A stretch of 64,000 nucleotides of DNA from an uncultured Gammaproteobacteria bacterium. Its GTDB lineage: Bacteria; Patescibacteriota; Patescibacteriia; UBA1558; S5-K13. Shown one piece after another: positions 18,185 through 27,443 of the stretch (positions are counted from its first letter, which is position 1; each line of letters starts with the position of its first letter). The stretch covers positions 12,538-76,537 of the forward strand of contig CAZAOE010000001.1 in assembly GCA_964486685.1 (NCBI GenBank), written 5' to 3'. Under the pieces are notes generated by a model. The model worked only from the letters and a program-made list of their open reading frames with translations. It was not told where the DNA came from and searched no databases. Both the position numbers and the translations under genes were made by a program.

Positions 18185-19264
18185 ATGATTAAAAACAGAC
18201 TAAATCAAAGAATAAAGATTTCTCATGAAATAATTTTAAAAGTTTCTCAAATTGATGAATTAAAGGGACAGTGGAATGGCTCTTTGGTTTTGAATCCTAA
18301 AATTTTATATCAATTACAAAAATCAGTGGTGATTACTAGCTCGGCTTCTTCCACTCGAATTGAAGGAGCACAGATGACCGATCAAGAAGTGGAGCGTTTT
18401 CTGCGTGGCATTAAGCAAAAAACTCCTCAAAACAGAGATGAGGCAGAAGTGGCTGGTTATGCTGACTTATTGGGTAGGGTTTTTGATAATTATTCCAGCT
18501 TAGAGATTACTGAAGGCCAAATTTTGGGGTTTCATAAAATCATGTTATCTTTTTCAGAAAAGGATAAAGAACATTGCGGAAAGTATAAAAACAAAAATAA
18601 TACCGTCGCTATTATTGAACAGGGTAAAATTAAAAAAATTCTTTTTCAACCTACTCTGCCTTACTTAGTTAAAAAAGAAATGGATGATTTATTAGTATGG
18701 TGGCAAGAAAGACAGGGGAATAATGATTTGCATCCTTTGGTGATGATTGCTAATTTTATTTTTGAATTTTTAGCTATCCATCCTTTTGTTGACGGCAACG
18801 GCCGTCTCTCGCGAATTTTGATTAATTTATTAATGTTGCAAAAAGGTTATGGTTTTGTTCCTTATGTTTCTTTAGAAGAAATTTTTGAGGAAAGGCAGTC
18901 AGAATATTATTTAGCTCTAAGAAAAACCCAAAAAAGTCATAAAACTAAAAATGAAGATATTACACCTTGGTTAAATTTTTTTCTTGATGTTATTTTAGTA
19001 CAAACCAAAAAAGCTTTGAATTTATTGGCAGGGAATGAAAACAGAAAATTGCTTTCTGAAGCACAAGAAAAAGTTTATAATTTATTTGTTGATGGTATTG
19101 AATTGAAGGTTTCTGAAATTCAAAAGGAAATAAAAATTCCATTACCAACAGTGAAGCAATCTATGTCTAAATTAGTAGAATATAAATTAGTTGAAAAAAA
19201 TGGACAAGGTCCAGCAACCAGATATAAAAAGATAAAAAAGATTCTAGAGAAAGATAAAAAATGA
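18185..19264 (+). CDS. Fic family protein (Fic/DOC AMPylation fold) with C-terminal winged-helix
   Basis: Canonical Fic motif HPFVDGNGRLSR. Confidence 0.85.
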   Translation: MIKNRLNQRIKISHEIILKVSQIDELKGQWNGSLVLNPKILYQLQKSVVITSSASSTRIEGAQMTDQEVERFLRGIKQKTPQNRDEAEVAGYADLLGRVFDNYSSLEITEGQILGFHKIMLSFSEKDKEHCGKYKNKNNTVAIIEQGKIKKILFQPTLPYLVKKEMDDLLVWWQERQGNNDLHPLVMIANFIFEFLAIHPFVDGNGRLSRILINLLMLQKGYGFVPYVSLEEIFEERQSEYYLALRKTQKSHKTKNEDITPWLNFFLDVILVQTKKALNLLAGNENRKLLSEAQEKVYNLFVDGIELKVSEIQKEIKIPLPTVKQSMSKLVEYKLVEKNGQGPATRYKKIKKILEKDKK

Positions 19265-19341
19265 TTGTTTAGAAAGTTTTATGAAGGTTGAAAATAGTAA
19301 ATTGATTAATTAAATAATTTAAATAATTAAAAATATTAAAT

Positions 19342-22300
19342 ATGTTTAAAGAATATTTTAAGAATATTTTAAAAACTTTAAAGCCTGGAGATGCCCGAGA
19401 AGAAAGTTTTTATCCAGCATTAAAGATATTTATAGAAAATCTCAGTGAGTTTGAAAATAAAAAAATTAGCGTTACATTATTACCCAAAAAACACGAGGGG
19501 CAGAGTCCAGATTTTAGGATTAGAGAAGGCAACAAGATCATTGGTTATATTGAAGCAAAGGATTTTCAAAAACACTCAGATGATCTTGATGAAATAGAGG
19601 ACAGTAATCAGTTGAAAAGATATAAAAAGGCATTTCCTAATTTAATATTGACTAATTTTTTTGAATTTAGATTGTATAGAAAGGGTATATTAGCAGATAA
19701 GGTACGGATTGGGCGACCTTTTATATCATATGAATTAAAAGTAGTGCCCCCAGTTGAAAATGAAAAAAAATTTATATCACTAATATCGGAGTTTTTTGCT
19801 TTTTCCATTCCAGAAATAAAAAAACCAAAAGAATTGGCCATTGAACTTGGCAATAGAACGCATTTTTTAAAAGAAAAAATATTAGAAGAAATAAAAAACG
19901 ACAATTCAGAAATTATTGGTTTTTATCAAGCATTTAAAAAGCATTTGATTATTAATTTAACAGAAGATCAATTCGCTGATCTTTATGCTCAAACCATTAC
20001 TTATGGTTTATTCACAGCCAGAACGCGGACTGCATGTAAAGAATTTAGGAGGGAAACAGCGGTAAAATTTATTCCTCAAAGCATTCCATTGCTTAAAAAA
20101 ATATTTGCTTTTATCTCGTCTGAAGAATTGCCAAAATCAATGGAATGGATTGTAGATGAAATTTCGCAAGTATTAGCCGTCGCTAATATATCTAAAATAA
20201 TAAAGGATTTTTATAAGAAAGGAAAAGGCACCGACCCTATTATCCATTTCTATGAAACATTTTTAGGTGAGTATGATCCCAAAGAAAGAGAGAAGAGGGG
20301 AGTTTATTATACACCAGAGCCAGTTGTTTCTTATATTGTTCGCTCAGTTAATCAAATTTTAAAAGAAAAATTTAATAAAAAGGATGGGTTTGCTACTTCA
20401 TCTGTAACGGTTTTAGACCCAGCTGCTGGTACGCTCACTTTTCCGGCTGAAGCAATAAAATTAGCTAAAAAGGAGATTCAAAAAAAGTATGGACCTGGTA
20501 TTTGGCAAAGCACTGTAAAGGGTCATATTTTAAAAAATTTTTATGCCTTTGAACTTTTAATGGCACCGTATGTCATAGGACACTTAAAAATTTCTTTACT
20601 TCTCGAAGAATTAGGTTATAAGATGAGAAATGATGATAAATTTAATTTTTATCTTACAAACACTTTGGAAAATGAAGCACCTGACCCAAATCAATTTCCG
20701 GGTATTTTTGAAAGAGTTTTGGCTAAAGAATCAGAGCAAGCATTAGAGGTTAAAGAAAAAATTCCCATTATGGTAGTTATGGGCAATCCACCATATTCTG
20801 GAGTTTCTGAAAATAAAGGGGACTGGATTTTGGAACAGATTAAAGAATATAGACAAATTAGGGGTAAACCACTTGGCGAAAGAAAAGATTGGCTACAGGA
20901 TGATTATGTAAAATTTTTTCGCTTTGCCCAGTGGAAAATTGAAAAATTAGGAACTGGTATTTTGGGCTTTATTACTAATCATGCCTGGATTGATAATCCA
21001 ACTTTTAGGGGAATGCGTTATTCTTTAATGAAAACATTTGATGAAATTTATATTCTTAATTTGCATGGTAGTGTTTTAAAAAAAGAAAAAACGCCAGAAG
21101 GCCAAAAAGACGAAAATGTTTTTGATATTCAACCAGGTGTAGCAATTACAATTTGTATAAAACATCAAGAAAAAATTGATGAAAAAAAAGTTTTATATGC
21201 TGAACTTTGGGGATTACGGGGAGACATTAATAAACCAAAGACGAAATATTATTATTTAAATAAGAATGATGTTAAATCGACGAAGTGGCAACCAATTATT
21301 CCTAAAAAGCCTTACTATTTTTTTGTTCCAAAATCAGAAAAAGGACATAAAGAGTATGATAAGTTTTGGAAAATTACAAACATCTTTCCTATAAATAGTA
21401 CTGGTATTGTTACTGCCCATGATCATTTTGCTATTGATTTTAAATATGAAGAATTGAAAAATAAAATTAGCGCTTTTAAATTTTCACCGCACGATGATAA
21501 TTACGTAAAAAAAGATTATCAACTTAAAGAAAATTATGCATGGCGTGTCTCTAAAGCAAGATATGAGTTAAAACAAGTTGATAACTGGCAGAATTATTTT
21601 ACTAAAATTTTGTATCGTCCTTTTGATGAACGATGGATTTATTATCATTCTTCTGTGGTCTGGCGAGTTAGAAAAAATGTTATGAAACATATGTTAAAAC
21701 AGAATTTAGCCCTTACTACTTGCCGCCAACAATCAATTGCTGGATTTCAGCACGTATTAGTAACTAATTTAATTACAGAATCTTGTTATGTCTCAAACAG
21801 AACAAAAGAGATAGGATATGTTTTTCCCCTATACCTTTACTCTTCTGAAAATAAGCAACAAACTATCCTTGATGGACAAGAAAAATTAGATTTAAAGGGA
21901 GCTCAACATAAATTAAAAATTAAGAAAGAAAAAGAACCAAATATCAATCCAGAATTATTTGACGCGCTTAAAAGTTGTTTTGACAAAGAGCCAACGCCGG
22001 AAGAAATTTTTTATTACATTTATGGTACCCTGTATTCAAATACATATAGGAAAAAATATGAGGAATTTCTTAAAATTGATTTTCCGAAAGTTCCTTTTAC
22101 AAAGGATTACAAATTATTCAAAAAAATTTCTAAACTTGGTGAGGAGTTAGTGAATTTACATCTACTAAAATCACCAAAATTGAATAAACCGTTAGCTAAA
22201 TTTTATGGAAAGAATGATAATAGTGTAAAAATCCGTAAATATGATAAAAATAAAAGACGAATCTATATAAATGAAAAGCAATATTTTGAACCAATAAATA

Positions 22301-22497
22301 AAGAAATTTGGGAATATATGATTGGAGGATATCAAGTTTTGGATAAATGGCTTAAATATAAAAAAGGCGAAACTCTGTCTACTGATGACATAAAACATTA
22401 TTGCCGGATTGCCACAACCCTAGTGGAAACAATTAAAATACAGAAAGAAATAGATAATATCTATCCTGAGATTGAAAAAAAATTAATTAATTCATGA
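19342..22497 (+). CDS. Type IIG/IIL single-chain restriction-modification enzyme (MmeI-like)
   Basis: N-terminal PD-(D/E)xK (PDFRI ... GYIEAKD), then gamma-class N6-adenine methyltransferase motifs (VLDPAAGTLTF as motif I, VVMGNPPYSG as motif IV) and a long C-terminal target-recognition region; 1051 aa. Confidence 0.6.
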   Translation: MFKEYFKNILKTLKPGDAREESFYPALKIFIENLSEFENKKISVTLLPKKHEGQSPDFRIREGNKIIGYIEAKDFQKHSDDLDEIEDSNQLKRYKKAFPNLILTNFFEFRLYRKGILADKVRIGRPFISYELKVVPPVENEKKFISLISEFFAFSIPEIKKPKELAIELGNRTHFLKEKILEEIKNDNSEIIGFYQAFKKHLIINLTEDQFADLYAQTITYGLFTARTRTACKEFRRETAVKFIPQSIPLLKKIFAFISSEELPKSMEWIVDEISQVLAVANISKIIKDFYKKGKGTDPIIHFYETFLGEYDPKEREKRGVYYTPEPVVSYIVRSVNQILKEKFNKKDGFATSSVTVLDPAAGTLTFPAEAIKLAKKEIQKKYGPGIWQSTVKGHILKNFYAFELLMAPYVIGHLKISLLLEELGYKMRNDDKFNFYLTNTLENEAPDPNQFPGIFERVLAKESEQALEVKEKIPIMVVMGNPPYSGVSENKGDWILEQIKEYRQIRGKPLGERKDWLQDDYVKFFRFAQWKIEKLGTGILGFITNHAWIDNPTFRGMRYSLMKTFDEIYILNLHGSVLKKEKTPEGQKDENVFDIQPGVAITICIKHQEKIDEKKVLYAELWGLRGDINKPKTKYYYLNKNDVKSTKWQPIIPKKPYYFFVPKSEKGHKEYDKFWKITNIFPINSTGIVTAHDHFAIDFKYEELKNKISAFKFSPHDDNYVKKDYQLKENYAWRVSKARYELKQVDNWQNYFTKILYRPFDERWIYYHSSVVWRVRKNVMKHMLKQNLALTTCRQQSIAGFQHVLVTNLITESCYVSNRTKEIGYVFPLYLYSSENKQQTILDGQEKLDLKGAQHKLKIKKEKEPNINPELFDALKSCFDKEPTPEEIFYYIYGTLYSNTYRKKYEEFLKIDFPKVPFTKDYKLFKKISKLGEELVNLHLLKSPKLNKPLAKFYGKNDNSVKIRKYDKNKRRIYINEKQYFEPINKEIWEYMIGGYQVLDKWLKYKKGETLSTDDIKHYCRIATTLVETIKIQKEIDNIYPEIEKKLINS

Positions 22498-22547
22498 ATT
22501 TTTAGGAATTAATGGAGGTGGGAGGGAATTTAAAGTAAACAATAATC

Positions 22548-23135
22548 ATGGAAATAAAAAAAGCAAAATATCAAATAGAAATTACTACTATAGCTACCGA
22601 CCACAGGCTTATTAGGGATAAGTGGTTGAATATAAAAAGAATTCTTGATGCAATTTATAAAGAACTTTCTCCATTAATAGATGATCAACAAACGATATCT
22701 ATAAATAAATTTTTTTTGCCAATAGAACAGAAAAAATTATTTCAATCTGTGCTAGAAAAAATGTGGGAAGATAATATAATAGATTATTATAATTACGAAA
22801 CACCTGGTATAACAACTTCTGAATCGATTCGTAAATTTTTAAGAGGCGAAAATTTTGTAGTAAAAAATAGAAATATTTTTGAAAATTACAGAAAAAAAAT
22901 TTCAGAGTTTTATGATTTTATTGAAAAAGATGGGAGAAAAAGATTTCCAGAAGTATATAGTATAACACAATCAAACAGTAAAAAAATAATAAATAATAAA
23001 TTAGCAGACACTAATCAACAAAACAGAAAAATTGAACCAAAATGGTGGGAAAAAACTTGGATACAAATTATAGTATTACTGGGTTCATGCGCTGGAATTA
23101 TTGGATTGTTTTTTTTGTTTACAAGTAAAAAGTGA
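22548..23135 (+). CDS. Hypothetical tail-anchored membrane protein
   Basis: Single C-terminal TM helix (IQIIVLLGSCAGIIGLFFLF); sits immediately upstream of the ftsK-like ORFs. Confidence 0.4.
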   Translation: MEIKKAKYQIEITTIATDHRLIRDKWLNIKRILDAIYKELSPLIDDQQTISINKFFLPIEQKKLFQSVLEKMWEDNIIDYYNYETPGITTSESIRKFLRGENFVVKNRNIFENYRKKISEFYDFIEKDGRKRFPEVYSITQSNSKKIINNKLADTNQQNRKIEPKWWEKTWIQIIVLLGSCAGIIGLFFLFTSKK

Positions 23136-23150
23136 TTTAGAAAAAATAAC

Positions 23151-24236
23151 ATGATAGTTGAACTACAAAAAGCTTTTGAATCAAAACAATTTCAAAATCG
23201 TCAAACAGAAACTTTAATTCCTATTGGGGTAAGTTTTAATTTTGAATATGTTTTTGAGGATTTAAAAGATTTAAGATCTATAATAATAGCTGGAGCCACT
23301 GGTTCTGGAAAATCAACCTTTAATCATTGTTTAATAACTAGTTTATTAAAACAAAATAATAATATTTCTCTGATTTTATATGATGCTAAAAGAGTAGAGC
23401 TTTTCCCTTATAATGGAATAGAATGTTTGTTGGGAGAGGTTACTACTAAGACAGATGATATAAAAGAGCAATTTGAATATTTAGAAAAAGAATTTTCTAT
23501 TAGATCTGCTAGTAAAAAAGAAGGTGTTGATATATATAAAAATTATGATCCTATAATTATAGTTATTGAAGAATGTTCGAGTATTATGTGTCAGCAAGGA
23601 GAGTATTTTAATCAAATAATTCCTAAAATCGCCAAGGAGGGTCCAGATTTGAATATGTATATAATTATATCTACTGCCCGACCAGCGATCAATGTTTTTA
23701 CTGAAGAAATAAAAGAATCCTTTTTCGCTAAAATAGCTTTTGCCACCGCTAGTTTAGATAATTCAGACACTATAATAGGAGAAACTGGAGCAGAAAAACT
23801 TTTAGGTGAGGGAGATATGTTATTTAAAAAAGGAGACGAGCCCATAAGAAGATTACAGGGTTTTTATGTTAGTGATGAAGAGGTGAAAAATGTTGTTAAT
23901 GAGGATATGGCTGGGCAGAAAGGATTAAATAATGAGCAAGATGAAATAAAAAATGAATTGGAACCAATTGATTCTAAAATTGATATTAGTAAAGAAAGAA
24001 TTAAAAGAACATTTGATCATTTTGATATTAAAGTGAAAATGGGGAAAGTTAATATTGGTCCAATGGTAACTCAATTTATAATAAAGCCTAAAAATGGAGT
24101 TAAATTATCTAAAATAATGGCCCTAGAAAATGTTTTAGCTATGAATCTAACAGCAAGGAGTGTTAGAATAGATGTTTCTTTTTTTGAAAAAGGTTTAATT
24201 AGTATTGAAGTGTCTAATTATAATTTAACTAAATAA
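23151..24236 (+). CDS. FtsK/SpoIIIE-family DNA translocase fragment: intact motor (beta) domain followed by an alpha domain
   Basis: Walker A IIIAGATGSGKST, Walker B IIIVIEE and the beta-domain end motif GEGDMLFKKGDEPIRRLQGFYVSDEEV. The C-terminal KVNIGPMVTQFIIKPKNGVKLSKIMALENVLAMNLTARSVRID matches the FtsK alpha-domain signature. Confidence 0.7.
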   Translation: MIVELQKAFESKQFQNRQTETLIPIGVSFNFEYVFEDLKDLRSIIIAGATGSGKSTFNHCLITSLLKQNNNISLILYDAKRVELFPYNGIECLLGEVTTKTDDIKEQFEYLEKEFSIRSASKKEGVDIYKNYDPIIIVIEECSSIMCQQGEYFNQIIPKIAKEGPDLNMYIIISTARPAINVFTEEIKESFFAKIAFATASLDNSDTIIGETGAEKLLGEGDMLFKKGDEPIRRLQGFYVSDEEVKNVVNEDMAGQKGLNNEQDEIKNELEPIDSKIDISKERIKRTFDHFDIKVKMGKVNIGPMVTQFIIKPKNGVKLSKIMALENVLAMNLTARSVRIDVSFFEKGLISIEVSNYNLTK

Positions 24237-24237
24237 T

Positions 24238-25266
24238 ATGCCTCATATAGATATAAATAAAAAGAGAAATGACCCCAATGCTAGAGTACCTCTGAGTTTG
24301 GCTTGGAAAGAGGAAATAATGCATTTAAATAAAGATGAACTTATAATCCCCCTAGGAAGAGACAAAAGTCAAAAACTGCATTTTATAAATTTAAAAGAAT
24401 GGCTTCATATTTTAAGTGCGGGAATGGCTCTTTCTGGTGTGGGTATGTTTAGTAGGGTTACTCTTTTTTCTCTAATTAAACAAAGATCTCATCAAGATTT
24501 AAGAATTATTTTAATTGATCCTATTCGTAGATTTAGTAATTTTAATAATATTTCTCATTTATTATTTCCAATTATTCATAAAGCTAAAAAAGCTTTATCG
24601 GCTTTAGAATGGTGCGTTTTTGAAATAGAAAGAAGATATCAGATATTATTTAAAACAAGGAAAAAAGATATATATTCTTATAATGAAAAGGGAAATCAAG
24701 TTGTATTTCCTAATATTGTAATATTTATTAGTGAGTTAGGAGAACTTATGCCCGATAGAGATATAGAAACAGCTTTGGTTAGAATAGCACAAATGGCTAA
24801 GGCCGTAGGAATACATCTTATCATAGGAACCCAGATGTTAAATAAAGAAATTATTACCGATTTAATATTTTCTAATATATCAGTTAGGGTAGGATTTCAA
24901 GTCCCTTCAGAAGAAGAAGCAGAGGTTTTAGAAATATCTGGAATGGAAACACTTATTGGTCAAGGAGATATGATTTATCAAGATTATAATGGTAAGAGAT
25001 TAGAATTACAAGGATTCCATATTAGTGATGAAGAAATAGAAGAATTTATTAAAAATGAAATTACAGATGATAGAGTGAATGAAGAATGGTTATATAAAAA
25101 AGCTAAGAAAATTATTTTAGACCAAAAGCAAGCTTCGGCTACTCTTTTACAGAGAAGATTGAGTATTGGTTATGCTAAAGCCTCTAGAATAATTGACAAA
25201 ATGGAAGAAGAAGGTTTAGTGAGTCCTCAGAATGGTCCTAAACCACGAAAGATTTTAAAACAATGA
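24238..25266 (+). CDS. FtsK-family fragment: beta domain with degenerate Walker A plus a gamma (winged-helix KOPS-binding) domain
   Basis: LHILSAGMALSGVGMFS stands where AGTTGSGKS is expected (no Lys). IILIDPI, GQGDMIYQ...LQGFHISDEE and a C-terminal ATLLQRRLSIGYAKASRIIDKMEEEGLVSP gamma motif are present. It starts 1 nt after the stop of the previous ORF. Confidence 0.7.
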   Translation: MPHIDINKKRNDPNARVPLSLAWKEEIMHLNKDELIIPLGRDKSQKLHFINLKEWLHILSAGMALSGVGMFSRVTLFSLIKQRSHQDLRIILIDPIRRFSNFNNISHLLFPIIHKAKKALSALEWCVFEIERRYQILFKTRKKDIYSYNEKGNQVVFPNIVIFISELGELMPDRDIETALVRIAQMAKAVGIHLIIGTQMLNKEIITDLIFSNISVRVGFQVPSEEEAEVLEISGMETLIGQGDMIYQDYNGKRLELQGFHISDEEIEEFIKNEITDDRVNEEWLYKKAKKIILDQKQASATLLQRRLSIGYAKASRIIDKMEEEGLVSPQNGPKPRKILKQ

Positions 25267-25628
25267 ATATCTATCTTGACATTGATGGTGTCTTATTAAA
25301 AAAGCATGGCGAACCCGCTGACAATGTTTTAGATTTTTTAAAAGAAATGACAGATAATCACGATTGCTATTGGCTAACTACTCATTGTCGTAATGGTGAA
25401 AGTAATGCCGTAGAATATTTAGAAGATAAATTACCCAATGAAGCTTTAGAATATCTAAATAAAATAAAACCAGCTTATTGGGATACTTTAAAAACTGAGG
25501 CCATAGATTTTTCAAAGAAGTTTAAATGGTATGATGATTATATAATGGAAGCAGAGGAGAGCGTTTTAAAAGAAAATAATTGTTTGGATAGTTTTGTGAG
25601 GGTTGAGAATAGTAAATTAATATATTAA
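25263..25628 (+). CDS. Small HAD-like protein
   Basis: N-terminal IYLDIDGVLL resembles HAD motif I (DxDGVL); 121 aa; overlaps the upstream stop by 4 nt. Confidence 0.3.
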   Translation: MNIYLDIDGVLLKKHGEPADNVLDFLKEMTDNHDCYWLTTHCRNGESNAVEYLEDKLPNEALEYLNKIKPAYWDTLKTEAIDFSKKFKWYDDYIMEAEESVLKENNCLDSFVRVENSKLIY

Positions 25629-25632
25629 ATAT

Positions 25633-26046
25633 ATGTCTAAAAAATTAAAATTGTTTTTTATAGTGGCTTTGTTTTTTATTATATTAACTCCCCAAATTTC
25701 TCAAGCTACAATGGCAGTTAATGAAATGATTATTAATCCCGAAACTAAAGAGTGTACTTGGTTTAATAGTGGAGATGAATGTCAGGAATGTGAAAAGCCT
25801 AGAGGGTGGGTAACTTATTCAGGGGGTGATGAAAGTTATGTAGAAGGAGAAGAATGTCCGCTGGGATATAAAAGGATCAAAGATTTAAAAATAAATTGTC
25901 ATGTTCGAGATTGGAGAGCTTTTTCTAATGCGATGTGTTCTGGTTTTATTGCTAGTAGATATGCCTTCTGGTATAAAATTTTCCCTATCATTTTAATAGG
26001 ATTAATAATAATTTTAATTATATTTTTGAAGAAAAGAAAAAAATAA
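25633..26046 (+). CDS. Cys-rich secreted protein with C-terminal membrane anchor
   Basis: Signal peptide, eight Cys in the ectodomain and a C-terminal TM IFPIILIGLIIILIIFL followed by KKRKK. Confidence 0.4.
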   Translation: MSKKLKLFFIVALFFIILTPQISQATMAVNEMIINPETKECTWFNSGDECQECEKPRGWVTYSGGDESYVEGEECPLGYKRIKDLKINCHVRDWRAFSNAMCSGFIASRYAFWYKIFPIILIGLIIILIIFLKKRKK

Positions 26047-26061
26047 AATAATTTTTCAAAA

Positions 26062-26097
26062 ATCACTTCAAGTAATATGTCTGAGGTGATTTTTTTG
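26062..26097 (+). terminator. Hairpin plus T-run terminator
   Basis: AATCACTTCAAG ... CTGAGGTGATT followed by TTTTTTT. Confidence 0.4.
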
Positions 26098-26112
26098 TTT
26101 ACTATTGAATTC

Positions 26113-26160
26113 TGTCAAGTTTAAGTTTTATTGACAAGTTGTTAATAATTAAGATACAAT
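26113..26160 (+). promoter_or_regulatory. Sigma70-like promoter (TTGACA-18-TACAAT) overlapped by inverted repeat TGTCAA-N12-TTGACA; candidate autoregulatory operator
   Basis: The -35 TTGACA at 26131-26136 is the right half of the inverted repeat; the -10 TACAAT lies at 26155-26160. Confidence 0.35.
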
Positions 26161-26169
26161 TAAATTAGG

Positions 26170-26946
26170 GTGTGGATAAGTAATAATTTTAAAAATATGC
26201 ATAAAATACAACAAAAAATTCTAAATCTTGCTGGAGACAAAAACTTGGCAAATTTAACTTTGCGTAAAATAGGAGAATTTATCGGAGAAAAAGGAAGTCC
26301 GCAAAAGATAAAACATCATTTAGAAAAATTAAAAGAAAAAGGGCTTTTGATTCAAAGTATTGATGGCAAAGAGATTAAAAGAATAAGTTCAAATAATATT
26401 GATAAAAACACGAAGTTAATATCATTACCAATTTATGGCTCGGCTAATTGTGGGCAGGCCTTGGAATTGGCTAATAATACTATAGAAGAATATTTGAAAG
26501 TTTCTAAAAGCATTTTGGGAGAGAGTTTGCTTAAAAAAATTAAAGATTTATTTGTTTTAAAAGCAGTAGGGAATTCTATGAATCAAGCCAATATTGATGG
26601 TGATTCAATTGAAGATGGAGATTATGTTATTATTGATAGAAAACAAAAAAGTCCAGATAATAGCGATTATGTTGTTTCGATAATTGATGGGGCTGCAAAT
26701 ATAAAAAAGTTTTTTGTTGATAAAAATAATAAACAAGTTGTCTTGGTTTCGGAGTCATTTTCTGATACTGCTCCAATACATATACATAAAAATGATTTAA
26801 ATGATTATTCTATTTGTGGTCGAGTGGTAAAAGTAATGAAAAGACCAGAAAATTTAGAGGCCTGGCATAATGCCGGAGCTAAGGATACTTTAAAAAATTT
26901 AGGCCCCATATCCAAAGAAGAACATAAGTATTATATGAATTTATAA
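26170..26946 (+). CDS. LexA-like repressor (N-terminal winged-helix plus S24 peptidase domain)
   Basis: LexA-type N-terminal DNA-binding domain (KIQQKILNLA...TLRKIGEFIG...HHLEKLKEKGLL). C-terminal S24 Ser/Lys dyad context (AVGNSMNQANIDGDSIEDGDYVIIDR ... ANIKKF). Confidence 0.7.
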   Translation: MWISNNFKNMHKIQQKILNLAGDKNLANLTLRKIGEFIGEKGSPQKIKHHLEKLKEKGLLIQSIDGKEIKRISSNNIDKNTKLISLPIYGSANCGQALELANNTIEEYLKVSKSILGESLLKKIKDLFVLKAVGNSMNQANIDGDSIEDGDYVIIDRKQKSPDNSDYVVSIIDGAANIKKFFVDKNNKQVVLVSESFSDTAPIHIHKNDLNDYSICGRVVKVMKRPENLEAWHNAGAKDTLKNLGPISKEEHKYYMNL

Positions 26947-27281
26947 AACAGAAGGAAATTTGGTTAGTTCAATATCCCCAAGATTCAGTCGGTCATGAAT
27001 ATCGAAAAGAACGGCCGGCTTTGGTTATTGAATCTGATTCACAAATAAAAAGAACGAAGGTTTTTAGTGTTATTCCCTTGACTTCAAATTTAAATAATAA
27101 AACCAGGGATGATATTTTAGTTAAAACAAATAAGAATAATAATTTATTCCGTGATTCAATTTTAAAAGTTCACCATTTAGAATCCTTTGATCAATTTAGA
27201 TTTATTAAAAAAATAGGCGAGATTAATGATAAGATTTTAGATAAAGTAAAAAATTATTTAAAAATTCATTTTGATTTTTGA
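26928..27281 (+). pseudogene. MazF/PemK-family toxin homolog with no canonical start codon
   Basis: The in-frame reading EIWLVQYPQDSVGHEYRKERPALVIESD...VIPLTS matches MazF (IWlVdf.P..G.E..K.RPalVis...ViPiTs). The frame opens after a TAA at 26925-26927 and has no ATG/GTG/TTG until the TTG at 27021, which is already inside the conserved core. The 5' end overlaps the lexA-like stop. Confidence 0.5.
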
Positions 27282-27443
27282 TATATTTATACATAAAAAG
27301 CGGTAATCTTTAAGCTATAAGCCATAAGAAAGATGGTCAATCCTGTTTAACGATGGGATTTTTTGATTTGATTTCTTCCAATATTTATGTTAGAATATGA
27401 GCACTTTTAGTAAAAAAAAGATTATTTTTTAGTATAAAATAGC

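Noticed and set aside
23151-25266. VirD4-type conjugative coupling protein linked to the pilin-like anchor genes
   Set aside because: The second ORF carries a chromosomal-FtsK-type gamma (KOPS-binding winged-helix) motif and an alpha-domain signature. These are hallmarks of FtsK rather than T4CPs. The ftsK-like pair is also 5 kb away from the pilin-like genes with housekeeping genes in between.
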